A stretch of 64,000 bases of DNA, taken from contig OX597820.1 in NCBI GenBank assembly GCA_951406725.2, positions 125,116,001 to 125,180,000 on the forward strand, read 5' to 3'. The translations under genes were made by a program, and so were the position numbers. Source of the DNA: Octopus vulgaris. Lineage: Eukaryota. The notes under the pieces are model-generated. The model ran no database searches, had not been told where the DNA came from, and saw only the letters and a program-made list of their open reading frames with translations. Shown piece after piece: positions 25,046 through 40,229 of this stretch. Position 1 is the stretch's first letter, and every line of letters begins with the position of its first letter.

Positions 25046-26254
25046 TAGAGAGGGAGAGCGTGAGAGAGAGATAAATGGAATGAGAATCAGACAGGCAGAG
25101 ACAGAAAAAAACGAGCAAGGGGTAGGGTGAGAGAGGAGCGTATGTATATGGGCTAGTGTTGCTTTAAAGTAGCATATTATAGTGATTGATAGTCTTTCAA
25201 TTTCTGTCAAGTCAAATCGCATGTCCTTCTTCATAAGTTTTCGGTGTCTGATCAATGAACACCGGGTCCAATGTTTTGAGCATATAATATTTTGTTTTTT
25301 ATTATTGTCATAATATACAGAAATTTTAGGTTTCCTATTCGTACTTATCTAAAATATAAGGATAAATTGAATGAAATATAGGATAAATTATGACATGGTC
25401 ATATCATTATTCATTATAATTTGAAGCTGTTACATAAACGTTTTCCAGTAAAACAGGTTTATCTTTCTATCTATAACTAATATGGCGCAATTTGGAAATT
25501 GATCAATTCTCTTAAGAAATGAATACGTGTAAATCACTAAATGCCTTATATATGCTTTCAGATATTGTGTTATATGTTATGTTCTTTGAAAGGTTATTTC
25601 AGATGCAAATATAGGAATAAGTATTTTAAGCAACCTCACAAATTAAGGCGTAAAATGATTAGCAATTCAAAATTTTATGTGCACCTAAACAATTTAACGC
25701 CTATTAATAAATGAAAGCGATGTTCTATTGAAAAGAATTTCATCTTGAACTTATTTAGTTCCAGGGCAGCAGACTTGCATGCTTATTTTCTGCTACATTA
25801 AACGTGTATGTAAAATGAAAGCATAATCAATGAAATACAGATGATTGAAACCTCTGAACCTAGAGTGTAAGTTTAGGTTACCGACATATAGTCAAGGGAG
25901 ATATTTTAAATATAAGCAATAATGATTTGTTAAATAGTTCACATCTGTAATTGGTACCGTTGCTGTGTAGACGCCATATGTTGCAAATTTTCCACACACA
26001 AGAAATTGTTGTTTAACTTTTTTATAACAAAAGTGGTAACGAGGGGTCTCGTAAGGAGGTTTCTCGTAAAGTGAGGTATTATCATATTTCTAGCTACCCA
26101 GAAACAAGCAGCATTAATGCTACGTAATGCATAGGCAAACATTTCTGTCAGTATGTCCAGGGTACATTTTCTTTAGCAATTTACTCATCATAGTACTTGC
26201 TTTGATTGAGCCTTTGCAAAAATATGAATAACATTCAATATAATACCTCACATG

Positions 26255-26305
<51 letters not shown>

Positions 26306-26991
26306 TTGTTGTAATTTATGCGGCAACTAATAATTAATGGGCAGTTGATGATTATGTTGAGGGAGGTAAAGGAATGGCCGGATGTTCTTTCTTCGGGTGT
26401 AATAATTTAACTTGAAATTACCAGTTTTAAGACAAGAACATAAAATAACTACAGTTATACATTAACGTAATATATACTGGCCAGAATTTTATGAAGATGG
26501 AAGTAAGCAATATTTCAATACTCGCAACTCGGTTAACCTTAGGGGTCTCTATCTTTTTATTTCTCTGATATACTCGATTTATCATGCAATGCATCATTCA
26601 TTTAACACATATAAATGTGTGCTGCGCGTGCATGTATGTATAAAGTTATAAACAATAGCATGTAAATGTTGGATTGAAAAATGTATTTTGGATAGAAAAA
26701 TTCTGAGTATGCCAACGGATGTGGATCCTTGTCGCATTTTCAGCCCAAAAGGGTCCTTCGATGTAATATTTACATGCTATTACTTACATCTTTAATTTCT
26801 TTTTACTTTCTCTCGAATGTTTATGAATTCTGAAGATGTTAACAACACACAGAGAGAAAGACAGACAGACACACTGGCAGACAGATAGACAGACACATGC
26901 ACACATGTATATATTCACCTCTCATATTCAATACAATGAAATATAAATGTACTACCTCTGAATCACAATCAGTACTCATGCGCTCGTTCAG

Positions 26992-27420
26992 GGCGGCGAG
27001 CTAGCAGAAATGTTGGCACACTGGGCAAAATGCTAAGCAGAATTTCATAAAATGCTAAGAAGCCTTCTCGGTGGTAAATATTTAACAGTGGCTTTACTAA
27101 GGCAGCATAAAGATTTCCTCTATAAATTGGGGCTAGAATGAATGGTTTGACGAACATTATAGTGTCTCTATTTTATTTATTACACATTAATTTTTATGGT
27201 GAGGAAGCTTAGATGATTTAAAGGGACAAAAAGGGCCTATTATGTTCTGAGTTCAAATTCCGCCGAGATCGACTTTGCTTTTCGTTCTTTCGAGATCATC
27301 TTTGCCTTTCGTCCTTTCGAGTTTGATAAAATAAGTGCCAGTTCAGCGCTAGGATTAATGTGATCAGCTAATCGCCTTCTCCGAAATACCTGGCCCTGTG
27401 CCAAAATTTTAAACCAATAT
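26992..27420 (+). mobile_element. SINE family B copy interrupted by about 190 bp of unrelated sequence
   Basis: Head ggcggcgagctagcagaaatgttggcac at 26992; the body resumes at about 27243 (ttctgagttcaaattccgccgagatcgactttgc). Confidence 0.75.
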
Positions 27421-27608
27421 TTATGCCTGTTTCTAACATTAATGCCCGACTTGTCAACCACCTTATTCCGTTCCAGTTTGTTAAGATGCAAACAATGGAA
27501 ATGACTACAAAACACATTTATTGCATAGTACAGTCTCCGTTTAGAAATATATACAATTAAAATAGCCACACACACACACACACATACACACACACATATA
27601 TATATATA

Positions 27609-27656
<48 letters not shown>

Positions 27657-27659
27657 ATA

Positions 27660-28868
27660 TATTATGCTAGTGCAAAGGTTATGGACGATCTTTTAAAAAA
27701 TGGATTTAGATAACATTTTTTTTTAAATTGTGCCACTTGCAATGTTTTAAGAATGTCACAATGAGTAATTTATGAATATTTATTTCAGATTCTGAACGTT
27801 TTGGCTATAATCTTCTGCTATATTCGCAGCCATGTTCGCCCCATCTAAATTTCACATTACTCTATGAGTTTCATAAGCATGTCAATGTAAACACAGCAAC
27901 AAAGTCATTTCAGAGAATTTAAAGGGATGATCTTCTGAGTGAAAGAATTTGCAGGGTTTGGCATTCTCGCTTCAGAAGTGTGATTTTGAGTTTGTAAGGC
28001 GGGCCAAAACTAGGTCGTTCAAAACAGAAAATCCAACGGCTACTTGTAGAGAACTTTCAGAACAGTTTAATATAACCCATACAACTGATCTGCGCCAACT
28101 GAAAAGGATCTGAAAGGTTTCAGTGGGTGAAAAATAGGTCTCGCACGAACTGTGTTCACAGAATCTGCAACGGCGTGTTGTTTGTTATCAGTCATTACAT
28201 TCATGACACCTTAAGTAACTATATTCGGGAAGGATTGAGGTGTGTATCCTTTACCATAACGTTCAACGCCGTTGATCGTGGATCAGTCGATAAGGAAGAC
28301 CTGTTCAACAATCAAGAAGAGGAATTTCCATAAGAAAGTTATGTTGTCCGTATGAAGGGATATTCATGGAATTGTCCACTACGAACTGTTAGAAATGATA
28401 CAACAATTACTACTCATCTCTTCTGTGATCAACCTCAGCGTTTGAAAGCTTTCAACAGAAGGTGACCCTGCTTAGTCAAGAGAAAGGGAATCATCTTCAA
28501 CCATGTTAATGCACGGCGTCACACAGCACGACTGACTAATGATCTCTTGGAAGATCTTTGTTGGTAAATATTGCTTCATCTTCCATATTCTCCAGCACAC
28601 GCTTCTCCTCAGTATCAATTACTTTGGGGACTACAGAACCATATGAATGGTATCAGCTTGACATCAAGGGAAGCGGTTCAAAATGACAGTGATTCATATT
28701 TCGCATCAAAATATAAACAATTTTACAAGCGTGCCATTTATAAGCGTGGAATGAATATCTAGAAAACACTTGAAATTATGTTAATGAACAAATATTATCT
28801 TAATCATGAGGTTTTTCATTTTTAATAGGGATCTTAAAACCAGCCATTGCCGTTGCACTAACCTGATA
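27660..28868 (+). mobile_element. mariner (DD34D) transposon, near full length, pseudogenised
   Basis: Terminal inverted repeats tattatgctagtgcaaagg and its partner (reverse complement tatcaggttagtgcaacgg). Peptides LYEFHK, KGIIFNHVNARRH and LHLPYSPAHASPQYQLLWGLQNHMNG. Confidence 0.85.
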
Positions 28869-30539
28869 CATATACATATATAAACACACACATATATAAA
28901 GAGAGAGGGAGAGAGAGAGAAAGATAGTGAGAGAGAGAGAGAAATAGTGCTAGGTATTTTAAAAAATGCTTAAGTGGATCTTCATAAATGTACATTGCTT
29001 ACTTATTTCGAGGTGCGCAAGTATTTTAATTTCATTTTGGAACATTTTCAAAGAAACATATTTCACTTGCTTATGTTTCACCGACTAGACCTCTATATAC
29101 GCTAATTTCCGTGAAAATCTTTGTTCTCAATATGCCTTTCCTATAATTTCTAAAGTAGCAGTTATTTCACCACTTGCTACATTCAGCATCAGGAAAAATC
29201 TTAAAGTTTAAAGCAAAATAAAATCGAATTTTCTATTTATTTAATCTTTTGGATGTTGATTAAACGTGATACATTTTTGTGTTTATCATCTAAATTTATA
29301 TAATCATAATTCTGGTAGTCGCTGTCAGATTACCATGCAGCTGGAAAAATTCCTCTACTTATGTCTGAGCAATTATGTCTGGGAATATATGTCTTTGTCG
29401 GAAATATTTTCTATCTTTAGTAAATGACTGGCCAAAGTAATTTGTGCAAAGTTTCCCGCGACAATCTGTGTCATATCGTTCAAAACATGTTAGTTTCTGC
29501 AAGTTTAGGTACAGTGCAATGCAGTATTAAATTCTAAATGATGATAAGATTTTAAGAAGATATGACAGCTTCAAGACTTCTTGGAAACATTACTCAAATG
29601 ACGGTAGTAATCAATAAATTCTAATCCTCATTGTGCTACGATATTTACAGTTTTGATATCTGTACATAATATTACATTGCAGTGAGTGATATTTCCTGCT
29701 GTTTAATGTAATTGTATTCATTTATATACACATTTGGTATCATTTACAATAAACGTTGAATATTATTTGATGAAGCGGATATTTTTGCAACGAATAGATT
29801 TATGAGCTTGTCAAAAGCATGGTCGTCACTTGCGCGCCATTTCTGAAAGTGAATATATAATTTATGTCAATTTCCTTTATGAAGCATTCAATGATTCTCT
29901 ACGATTTAAAATTAGGTAGGATGGAAGCAATGTATTAAACTTGTCTAAACTTCTCACAAGAAAACCAACGAAGTTTAAACTACAGCCAGTAGATATAACT
30001 GAAGATAAATGGTAATTTTCTAACTCATAATGGAGTTTACTTTTAAGAAACTGGATTTTATGGGAGACAATTTACATTAAGCTTTAATTTAATTGCTCCC
30101 TTTTTAAAAATAAAATAAAATAAAATAAACTCATCAGCAACAGTGTATATTTATATCTTAGAGCCAAATTCAGTTTCCTAAGTATCAAATATATAGCTTT
30201 CATGCTAATTACTTTTCTTTGACTTCGCCTTATTACATGCAGCATTGTGTAAGTGAGTAATTCACTTCACAGCTATATGATTCCACGTTCATTTTACCCC
30301 TGTGACATATTAAAAAAGAATCTTTCATTGGAGTCTCGCGTTAACTACTTTCTTGTAATTGAACGATGGATATATATGCATTCACACAATTTTCAGGCTA
30401 TGCCGACATTGCTTAACAAGTTAAAACAGGACGATATGATAAGAGGAAAATAGCAATAAGATGTGAAGGGAGTAGATGTAAAATGTGGAAGGTTGAGGAA
30501 GCGGAAAATGAAAATTAAAACAGAAAGGAACAAGAGTTA

Positions 30540-30960
30540 GAAAGTTGGGGCTATGACACCTTTGACCGTAAAGTCATAAGGCTGAATGGGTAGTGGCCTT
30601 GAGTCTGCTGTACAGCTGCTCCATCCGGAGAGGGTGGTACTTTCCAATTCGCCATCAGGAACTTATCCATAGATTTATAATCGTTCAACATTTCAGATAT
30701 GGAATTCAGCAGTGTGGTAGTCCATATAGAGATCACTTCTTGATAAAACAACTAGTTTGCTAATTCATATGTTGATGTAGACCCTGTAGACTTAACTTTG
30801 CATGCAAGAAAACCATTACTGTTTAGTAAGGGTTCAGCATGGGTAAAAAAATGTCCGATAATCATGAGTGTTTCGATGTATCAACGGGATCGTGCCACAG
30901 TGCTGGCATCTTCGATCTTGTAGGTCTCTTTGTATTAAGCACAATTAGGCCTTAAAATCA
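30540..30960 (-). mobile_element. Possible RTE-like LINE fragment
   Basis: Weak RT-like peptides (YGLPH, TTLLNSISEMLNDYKSMDKFL); frameshifted. Confidence 0.3.
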
Positions 30961-31672
30961 CAGTCACTATTAATCTGTCTAAAGTTGACGTCTTTTATGT
31001 CTCCCCAGGCCTAAACTCTTCTTATAAAGCTTATCATAAACCAAACCAGAAACGTTCTTATATACACAAACAGTTTTGTGACCCACATCATAGTATTTAA
31101 ATATTTCATAGCCATCATTAGTAACAGAATATCTAACCATCTAATCTCTATTCCTCTAAAGAAATTTCCGAGAAGATTACCCTCTATCACGACAATGTTT
31201 CAGCAAATAATGGCTTTAATGATGAATTAATATATAATCACTCCAATAATAAGGCGAATAATAAAAAAATTCAACATGTGCTCACTTAAAATATCACATA
31301 GCGTCTGCCCCATTATTAGAAGCACAATTAGAAGCAAACAGCACCAAAAGCCTACTTCCATGAATAACTGCTGAGAGCCAGGCACCTGTTGCACAAAGAG
31401 AAATGCATGAATAAATCCGTCATATATAAGGGGAAAGTTACAACGAGGCTAGATTCTAACATAACCGAATCGAAGAGCCATATCGGGCTGTGTTAGAGTG
31501 TGTGTCTTTGTGCGTTCGTGTGTATGTGTGTATATACATATTATGGATAACTGTGTGTGTGTGTGTACTAATACATGCATTTGCGTTCATATTTGCCCTT
31601 GTAACACCTGATGCAATATTAAAATGTGTAGATATGATAAATATACCGCACAATGTTGGACTATATATATAT

Positions 31673-31909
31673 TACTCTTTTCTTTTACTCTTTTACTTGT
31701 TTCAGTCATTTGACTGCGGCCATGCTGGAGCACCGCCTTTAGTCGAGCAAATCGACCCCGGAACTTATTCTTTGTAAGCCCAGTACTTATTCTATCGTTC
31801 TCTTTTGCCGAACTGCTAAGTGACGGGGATGTAAACACACCAGCATCGGTTGTCAAGCAATGCTAGGGAGACAAACACACAAACACATACACATATATAT
31901 ATATACATA

Positions 31910-31969
<60 letters not shown>

Positions 31970-32130
31970 CACGACAGACTTCTTTCATTTTCCGTCTACC
32001 AAATCCTCTCACAAGGCATTGGTCGGCTCGGGGCTATAGTAGAAGACACTTGCCCAAGATGCCACGCAGTGGGACTGAACCCGGAACCATGTGGTTGATT
32101 AGCAAGCTACTTACCAGACAGCCACTCCTA
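31673..32130 (-). mobile_element. Octopus CORE-type tRNA SINE, family A, full length
   Basis: A-box TGGCTGTCTGG, B-box GGTTCAGTCCC, CORE-like CTTGGGCAAGTGTCTT and an internal TA/CA microsatellite. Probably one of the described octopus OK/OR1/OR2 families (OR2 is a known CORE-SINE); exact family not assigned. Confidence 0.88.
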
Positions 32131-33072
32131 TCATATATGAAAACTAATATTATTCTTTTTTGGCGCTCTTGTTTTCGTGGTTTACTTCCCCAAAACATGA
32201 TCTTGTTAATCTTCAAGCAAGAAGAAACAATTTATTGAACCGATTTTATGTTTAGTATTGATTTTAGAAGGGTGTCACGTCACTTACATATACGTCAAAC
32301 AGTTCCGCATAATTATTTATTACAGGGGTAAAATTTCCGCAGACAATGTTTAGTAAATATTAGGAGATATTAACTACACAACCTACCGATTACTGATATC
32401 TCCTGTAATGGGTTCCCAATTAATATGGCAGCAACACCTGACACATGAATGCACCGATATTAATCAAATAATGCATTAATTTGTTTTTCTCAAACTATTT
32501 TAGCGTTATATATTACTTATTTTCACATTATATAAATTTAACTAACAAATAAAAACTACAATACTTATTGCTACCGGCAATTATGAATTCGACAAAATCA
32601 TGTTAGCATTGCATTTTTCATCTAGACAGGAAATGCATCGTTTTTTCTAGAGACTTAATCATTAGTAGGAGTAAAATGACATGAAGAATAACGTAGAAGC
32701 TGTTGAGAAATTACCAAGGTTACTCAGGCTTAAAAGAAATGATCGGTCGGTTCAGTAGTGTGCCGCTCAGACACAAGCGCTAGCGTAGATGTAGGCGTAT
32801 TTTGTGAGATACGGAATGCCCTGTGATTTCGGGATACAGCGATGACGGTGACTCCAAGAACAGTATATGTTGATGTATGTAAAAATATTCCGAATGCATT
32901 TAATATCTAATGTAAAATTACATATTGTCATTTACACCATATAAGAAATATAAGAAATAAGATGAACCAAACAATAAGAATATGCTACTAGTCGACATAT
33001 CAGTCAATTTTGATTGGTGTAAATCAATGAACATAATGAACCTTAGGGCTTATTCATTGTAAGCCACATAAT

Positions 33073-33300
33073 TATTCTCTCGGTCACTTTTTGCTAAACC
33101 GCTGAGTTGCGGGGAAGTAAACACACCAGCATCGGTTGTCAAGCGATAGTGGGGGGACGAAGATAGAGACAAAGAGACGGCGGGATTTTTTCAGTTTCCG
33201 GGAACCAAATCCACTCACGTGGGTTTGGTTCGCCCGAGGCTATAGTAGAAGACATGCCGAAAGTGCCACGCAGTGAAACTGAATCCGGATTACCAAACAG
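33073..33300 (-). mobile_element. SINE family A, partial
   Basis: Contains gtaaacacaccagcatcggttgtcaagcgat...gaggctatagtagaagac. Confidence 0.85.
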
Positions 33301-34214
33301 CCAAAGATATAAGTTTAGCAGAGGGGTGATGTTCCAATGGCATGGTTAAAGAAAGGTATAGAGAGAGAGTGGAGTGTAGAGAGACGATAATACTGGTGGG
33401 GTAATGGATGTGGTGGGGTGGCCTTTCACACTTTGCATTCTACTTTGATCAGTCTCCTTCTCTCTCTCTCTACTTCTCCTCCTTTAATCTTTTCTTGCCT
33501 CTGATTCTTTGGTCTACTCTTCCCCCACTCTCTCAAATTCTTGACACGCACACTTTCTTCTCCCCTCTTTAATTCCTCTTTCTCTCTCTTCTCCCCCTTT
33601 GTTGCCTTCGTCCCTCTTTTTCTCTCTCTCTCTCTCTCTCTTTGTTTCCTTTGCCCCCTTTCTTTTCTCTCTCTTCCATCACGTGACTGCTGGTCGAATC
33701 AGCCTTTTTGCCTCCGACCACTGCCGTGAGAACATCGTTGTCTTCGTCTGCCGAAAAGGCATTTTTTCCAAATACGCCAGCTAAACTTATACTGTTTATT
33801 AGTCGTAAGACACCCGCTGTGTTCGTCCTGTTTTTACCATTATTGTTTTTTGTATTTCATTATTGTTTTTTTTTATTTTATATTCGTGTGGCATCGTGCA
33901 TTTTTCTGTCCCTGTTTCGTATACATTCGATCCTTCTTCCAAGAAATCTAATGCGCATAGCTTAGTTTTGACTTGGGGCTGGCCGGATCGGGGTGATCTC
34001 AAGATTAATCAGCCGAAATTGCTACGATGATCCGGTTCTTGACTGAAGATTGAAGGCTTCGAATGTCCCGTCCGTGTTTTTTGTATCGTCTTCTAAATGT
34101 TTTACGTTCTTGTCCCAGTTTGTATTTTTCTACATATAATATATATAGCGGCGTCCGTACCCTCGTTGGCCTTATATGTAAGTACATATTCCTATATATG
34201 TACATATATATATA

Positions 34215-34520
34215 TACTGAAAAAACAATTTCCAAATATTTCCCTTTTACCAATGCTCACAGAACACCACAATGCAACAAAGGTTGAATAAAGAGGAATT
34301 TTTCATCAACAAATTTCTCCCCCAACTAAATATTAACACACAACGCAATACAGAACACCACTACCTCTTCAATTGAAACCACTAAACCCTATACACTTAC
34401 TACACCACTCACATCTCTAAATCCAGAACTACTTACCTCCCTTACAAATAATCTTTTTTCTGAGGAACTATTAGACCTGACACCGCATATTAACCGGAAT
34501 TGTTCAAACGATGAATAGCT
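34215..34520 (+). mobile_element. Penelope-like 3' end (endonuclease C-terminus plus 3' repeat)
   Basis: Peptide FPFYQCSQNTTMQQRLNKEEFFINKFLPQLNI, typical of PLE GIY-YIG C-termini (R..KE..FI.KF.P.LN). Confidence 0.65.
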
Positions 34521-34728
34521 TTGCATAAACCATTGATTCGTTTTGTTCTCTTACTTTATTATCATCTGATAATCATCTCATAATAGTGACTTTTATGACT
34601 TGTACTACTACCTCAGTCAATCTAAATGTATATATTTTTCGTTATCTGTCATAAATAGCCTTTTTCTATTTGCAATATGCATTTTCATTGATTTTTCATA
34701 TTTTACACTTCTTTTCGTAACATATTTC

Positions 34729-34765
<37 letters not shown>

Positions 34766-36526
34766 GCACAGACACACATATATAAATGCAAACTAAGATG
34801 CACATAAATATCTATATGTCACATGTCTCATCTTCGCGATTCGCGTTTATCTTATATCATATATGTATGCTTATGTATGCCTTTGGAACAATATATATAT
34901 ATATATTTAATGCATCTTCTTCTTTAATGGAAGATTGTATTTCTATCCCAATCCCTTCATTTTTTGCTGTTTTAAATTTAATTTAAATTCGCTAATGTGT
35001 TACTACGTAATGTGCTTAACTGGTATTATCTTAAGTAATTCTATTTTAAACTGGAAAGTATCAACGTGATCTACCCTGAATTCAATAATATCACTTTTGT
35101 AACAATCGTATGCATTCAGTGTGATACCACTAAACGATGCAATTAAAGGGTTTGTTATAATAAAATTTATAATTATTGTGTTTAACTAAAGCCATATTTC
35201 ATTGAATCCATTTCCCATATCACAAATTTCTGAATTCTTTCAGGAGGAAGAGATCGAAATGCTGGAGTGTTGCATACTCTAAACGATATTCTGACTACAT
35301 CGCAAAGTAGTCAGATTTCGCTGGTCTCTTTAAGGAATTAGTTGTATAAATCATTTTGCTGGTCTCTTTAAGGAATTACATGCATAAATTTCATGGTTGT
35401 CCACATTCACATAAACTTCATTTCCATTGATAAAATGGATGTAATGGACACATATAATGGAATTACTTAGCGACGAAAGTTTACATGTTTTTGGTGCACG
35501 AACATATAGAATGTACTTTTGTGGTTTATCTAACCTCATCTTTGATATCTTAATACTGCATAAGAAAATACCAAACTTTTGTATCTCGTTTTGTTTCATT
35601 GATTATGGAACAACACTTGAAACTGCAAAAGTGTAGGAAGAAAGATTGTGAAGATAAGTACCCGCTATATGACTTTTAAAGTCTAATATAACGAGAATGC
35701 TCTTCGTCATATCATTTAACACTGAAGACAATGTGTTACACTATACTGGTGAAATATAATTTATCAGAGTACTTCACTTGTATATATAACAATATCCATC
35801 GTATTTTAATTCTACATTAGAAATCAATAAAGATCAGGAATAGTAGGCGAGCTGAATAAACATTCCAAATCCTGGAAGTAAGACTCCGTTAACAGAATAC
35901 ATTGAAGTGGATTATCCTAAGTGCTTTTTCCCTGTTGTGAGTAGATGAAGATTAAGCAGAAATTGTAAAAATGATTAACCAGACATCGCAACTTTCTTTG
36001 CATGTCGACTGGAATCAAGCAGTGATCTAACAAAGTGATATTAGTTACGCGCTGCCCGCCCTAGCTTTCTTCCTTGCAAACCAAGTTGTGTAACGATGGT
36101 TTTAATTTTGTACGATCAACATGGATAAAAGTGAAGTATGGCTTCTATTTTATAGTCATTCACTTGATAAATTAACCGAGATTACGTAACCCTAATTTCT
36201 GACTGCGTGTAGATGTTTGTTTTCTTCTGGTTAACTCTTCAAAAAGAAATCTCAGCGATTAAACCTGTAGAAAAATGGTTACATGCGATCAATACAAAGC
36301 TTGAAATATCCGGAATATTAATACCAGTGAGCAGCTGGGATAATATGAATTGGTGAAGCGCAAACAATACAAGATCTCATTTTTGCATGTCGCAGACGTG
36401 AATATCATATGATATAATACCCATGTTAGGCAAGAAATACTAGCCCTGTATATCAGTACTCTCATGCACTAATCTACCTGTATAATTCGTACACACACAC
36501 ACACACGCACACACACACACACATAC

Positions 36527-36564
<38 letters not shown>

Positions 36565-36568
<4 letters not shown>

Positions 36569-36760
36569 CACATTAATATGTGTGTATGTATATGTATATT
36601 TACTTACATATACATACAGACATACACATACATAGACAAACATAAGACTGACATATATATATATATATATATATATACAACATTATTATGTGTGTATGTA
36701 TATGTATATTTACTTACATATACATAACACACATACACATACACAGACAAACATAAGACT

Positions 36761-36761
<1 letters not shown>
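36565..36761. repeat. Two-copy tandem duplication of an ~86-bp unit with a (TA)n spacer
   Basis: acattaatatgtgtgtatg...gacaaacataagactg occurs at 36565-36650 and 36677-36761. Confidence 0.9.
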
Positions 36762-36821
<60 letters not shown>

Positions 36822-39033
36822 CGTGTGTTAGACTTGATTATCCTTTAGGTGTAATTCACGTGTTTCAGAACTATTCATTGACTTAACGATTATAGCTACT
36901 AGCACGTTTACTTTCCATTTCAGCTAATACACTGAGTTCACCTCTTCCGCTCAACATAACTTTCCAAGCCAATCCAATGCACTCACATATTAAATTGTCT
37001 GATTTAACAAATTCAGCCCTTTATACTTTTGCAATGTACTCAGCAAGAAAGCCGCAGTTTTCTGAATGCTCTACTTATCAGCTCTTGTACTAGCTATATC
37101 GATCTTTGCTACTGAACGATCTTTACTATCGAACGAGTCATAGAGTGTTGGAGGGTGGTTAGCTTAGCAAAGCCTTAGACACTATCCACATCTTGGTTGA
37201 CAAACTGAAATATTAAGTAATAGGAACTCGATCAGCTGTGATGCTGTTTTAGTATCCAGTTCTAATATATACTAATCAACAACACATGATTTAAGTCGAA
37301 TAATTGATTCTAAAAATAAATACATCATCAAAATTGCATCTTTAAAGTAATGTTTTACTATCATTTATTATTGTCACTTTATTTACTGTTACTTGAATAA
37401 AACTGTTATTTGATGAAGAAAATCGCAGAAAAGTAGTAGGACACATGGCGGAAAAAGAATCTGTAATTTGATATTTCCGGTGAACAGCAGGCATTCCACT
37501 GTGCTGATTTCTTTGAAAGAAAAGCAAATAAATACTTTCAAAATAATTACATTGAGTTGTAAATTAACACTGTAGATAGATGCCAATAAAATAACTACTT
37601 CACATCAGGCGGTGATAGCAAAAAATTCCTAGGTTAATGCAAACAGACATCGACAATTGTAAAAGAGAATACTACTAACAATGAGGAATGCACAATTCTC
37701 GTCATCTTGTAAAGTTATCAATTTTAATTCATGCTATCTTTGTGTGTGTTTTTCTAACCTTTTGATGGAAGGTGGTGGCAAACTGATTTTAACATGTCAT
37801 AGGATTTATTAGCCCCATCTAGATTTATTTAGTTATGATTTTAAAAGATATGTCACATATGATGCATTCATATCTGTTTCTAACTTTCTCTGAATCTCTA
37901 CAAAACAATTTCTGTATCCCTAGGTGATAATGTTAACATTTTCCAAAGCTTAAGTTTTCTAAGTTATCTAATAAAGATTAAGTATAAAGCCTACGCATTT
38001 TAATCAAGCCACCCGACCTAAACATGGTGTGTTTTTTTCTTTACGTCATCTAACTGAACTGAAAAATAAATGTCACTATATTAAGGTTGCTTACTTCAGC
38101 TGAAAAGTAAAACCATTAATGTTGAGCACGAAAACAGAAACAGTCAAATGAACAAGGGCAAAAATTTAACATTCCTACTAATAATGTCCCGCTGCTTCAA
38201 AAAGGGAAAATTTACACAATATTTCAATCAGCAAGAGATAGAAACTAACATCTCGTTAAATCTTAATGTACTGTCTTTAGAATTAAAGGACTGGGTATAT
38301 GTGGTTCTCCATGTAATGTTTTTGGTCATGGGTCTCCTGGTGCAACAACGTTTTCGATGTGAACATATTAAAATATCAATATGTAGTCAGAATATTTAGG
38401 CAAATTTAAATAAGTAACACCGCATTCTGAGAGTAGCCGCAGCCTCGAATATGAAATACCGAAAACTACGTACTCACGTCATATTGTGGGACAGAATGAA
38501 CGACGAAAACAAGCAACAACAGAAAATCTTGAATCATGTTGCAACATTTACTTTTATGGCTTCTTTAGAAATAATGCAATCTCCAAATTTATGTGATAAT
38601 GATTATTCTCCTTCATTGCTTATCCGCAATGCAATATGGTCATTTTTGGACTATATTTTATATATTTTCCTTGATTCAGCCATCGGAAAATATTTACATT
38701 GTTTCCTTGAGTTTAGAAAATAATGCATATCTATAGTAAATTTGCTCAGTTATAAATCATTACCTCCCGTATCCTTCAATTCTAATTTCCACCTTTAAAG
38801 TTTACATTATTTCAATATTTTGCTTTTAATTTTATTCCCTTTATTTGATAATCTAAATAAGTTTTGGCAACCCCTATCCTTCCTTCTTCTAGTTACCACT
38901 TCTTCCCCATCAATCATTCTGTTACTAGCAGCGCTGCAACATATCTTTATATGTAGATAAAGCTAGATGTAGGGTTCCTGTACAATAAAGGTCTCGGCAG
39001 TTGTTTGACATTAACTGATTTATCACCATCAAC

Positions 39034-40229
39034 TATCAGGCTGAGTACAATGTAAGCAATATTTTGAACCATGAAGATTTTGTACCGGATTTTGGCAGAG
39101 TTTTGAATATTTTTAAACATATTTTTGCAATTGTCTGATAGATTTGCCCAAATACATCAATATATTATCATTGATATTTTTTTCAGTGTTGTAACAGTTA
39201 TAAGAAATAGAACTGCCAAACCACGACACCCGAGTAATTTTGCTATTAAACTTCAAAAAAGGAAGTAAAACATCTGAAACTGCTCGCGATATGAACGAAA
39301 CGTTTGGTGAGGAGCTGACCAGCGAGTAGTCGGCTCGAAAATGATTTAAACGATTTCGCAGTGAAGACCTGCGTCTTGATCGTGAGCGAAGTGGTGCCCA
39401 TCTGGCGTCAATGGCCGTCAATTAAAGACCGTTATTGAGAAGGTTCTACGTAAAACTCAAGAACTGGTAAAAGAACTTCAAGTTCGCCAGAAAAGTGCCT
39501 GCGACCATTTCCATGCGATCGGAAAATCAAAAAGGTTCGACAAATGAGTAACACGATTTGAATGTAGATCAGAAAATGCGCAGATCTGAAATTTCCTCGT
39601 AATTTCTTCTCCGTAACCAAACCGATCCGTTTCTCGAACCTAACGTAACTTGCGATGAAAGGTGGATTCTGTACAATAATAACTACATATTCTTCGCAGT
39701 GGTTGGACCAAAATAAAGCACCGGAGACCTTCCCTAAACTCTTACTCAACAAAAGAAGGTTATGGCGACTATTTGATGGTGTGCTGCTGGACTCATCCAC
39801 TATAACTTCATAAAACTCGGAAAAACCATAACTGCAGAAACATATTTCAAGAAACTACCAAATGCGCGAAAAACTGCTACTCCTCCGTCTCGGACTGGTC
39901 AACAGAAGAGGGCCAATCATTTTTCATGACAATGCTCGACCGCACGTTTCACTACTAACGAAGTTCTTCTCCCAGTTTATTCCCCATATCTTCCTTCGAC
40001 TGACTACCACATTTTGAAGCACTTTGATGGTTTCCTGTGTTCAAAGAGCTCATCAGCTCCAGAACCCCTGACTTTTATGTTACCAGAATAAACAAACTTG
40101 TAACTCGTCGGCAAACTTATGTTGATTGTAATGCTACTTTCTTTGCTGAATAAAATTTCCGACTTGTTGAAATGTATTGTGATGAATTTCATGTTTCGAA
40201 ATATTGCTTACTATAAGCTCAGCCTGATA
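39034..40229 (+). mobile_element. mariner (DD34D, Hsmar1/cecropia-like) transposon with both TIRs, pseudogenised
   Basis: 42-bp TIRs tatcaggctgag......gtaagcaatattt.gaa.catgaa with TA at both ends. Peptides NVTCDERWILYNN, FHDNARPHVS and YSPYLPSTDYHILKHFDGFL. Confidence 0.92.

Noticed and set aside
34475-34525. CTGAGGA motif in the PLE 3' repeat
   Set aside because: No GAAA or stem III follows the putative stem II; a dead remnant at best.
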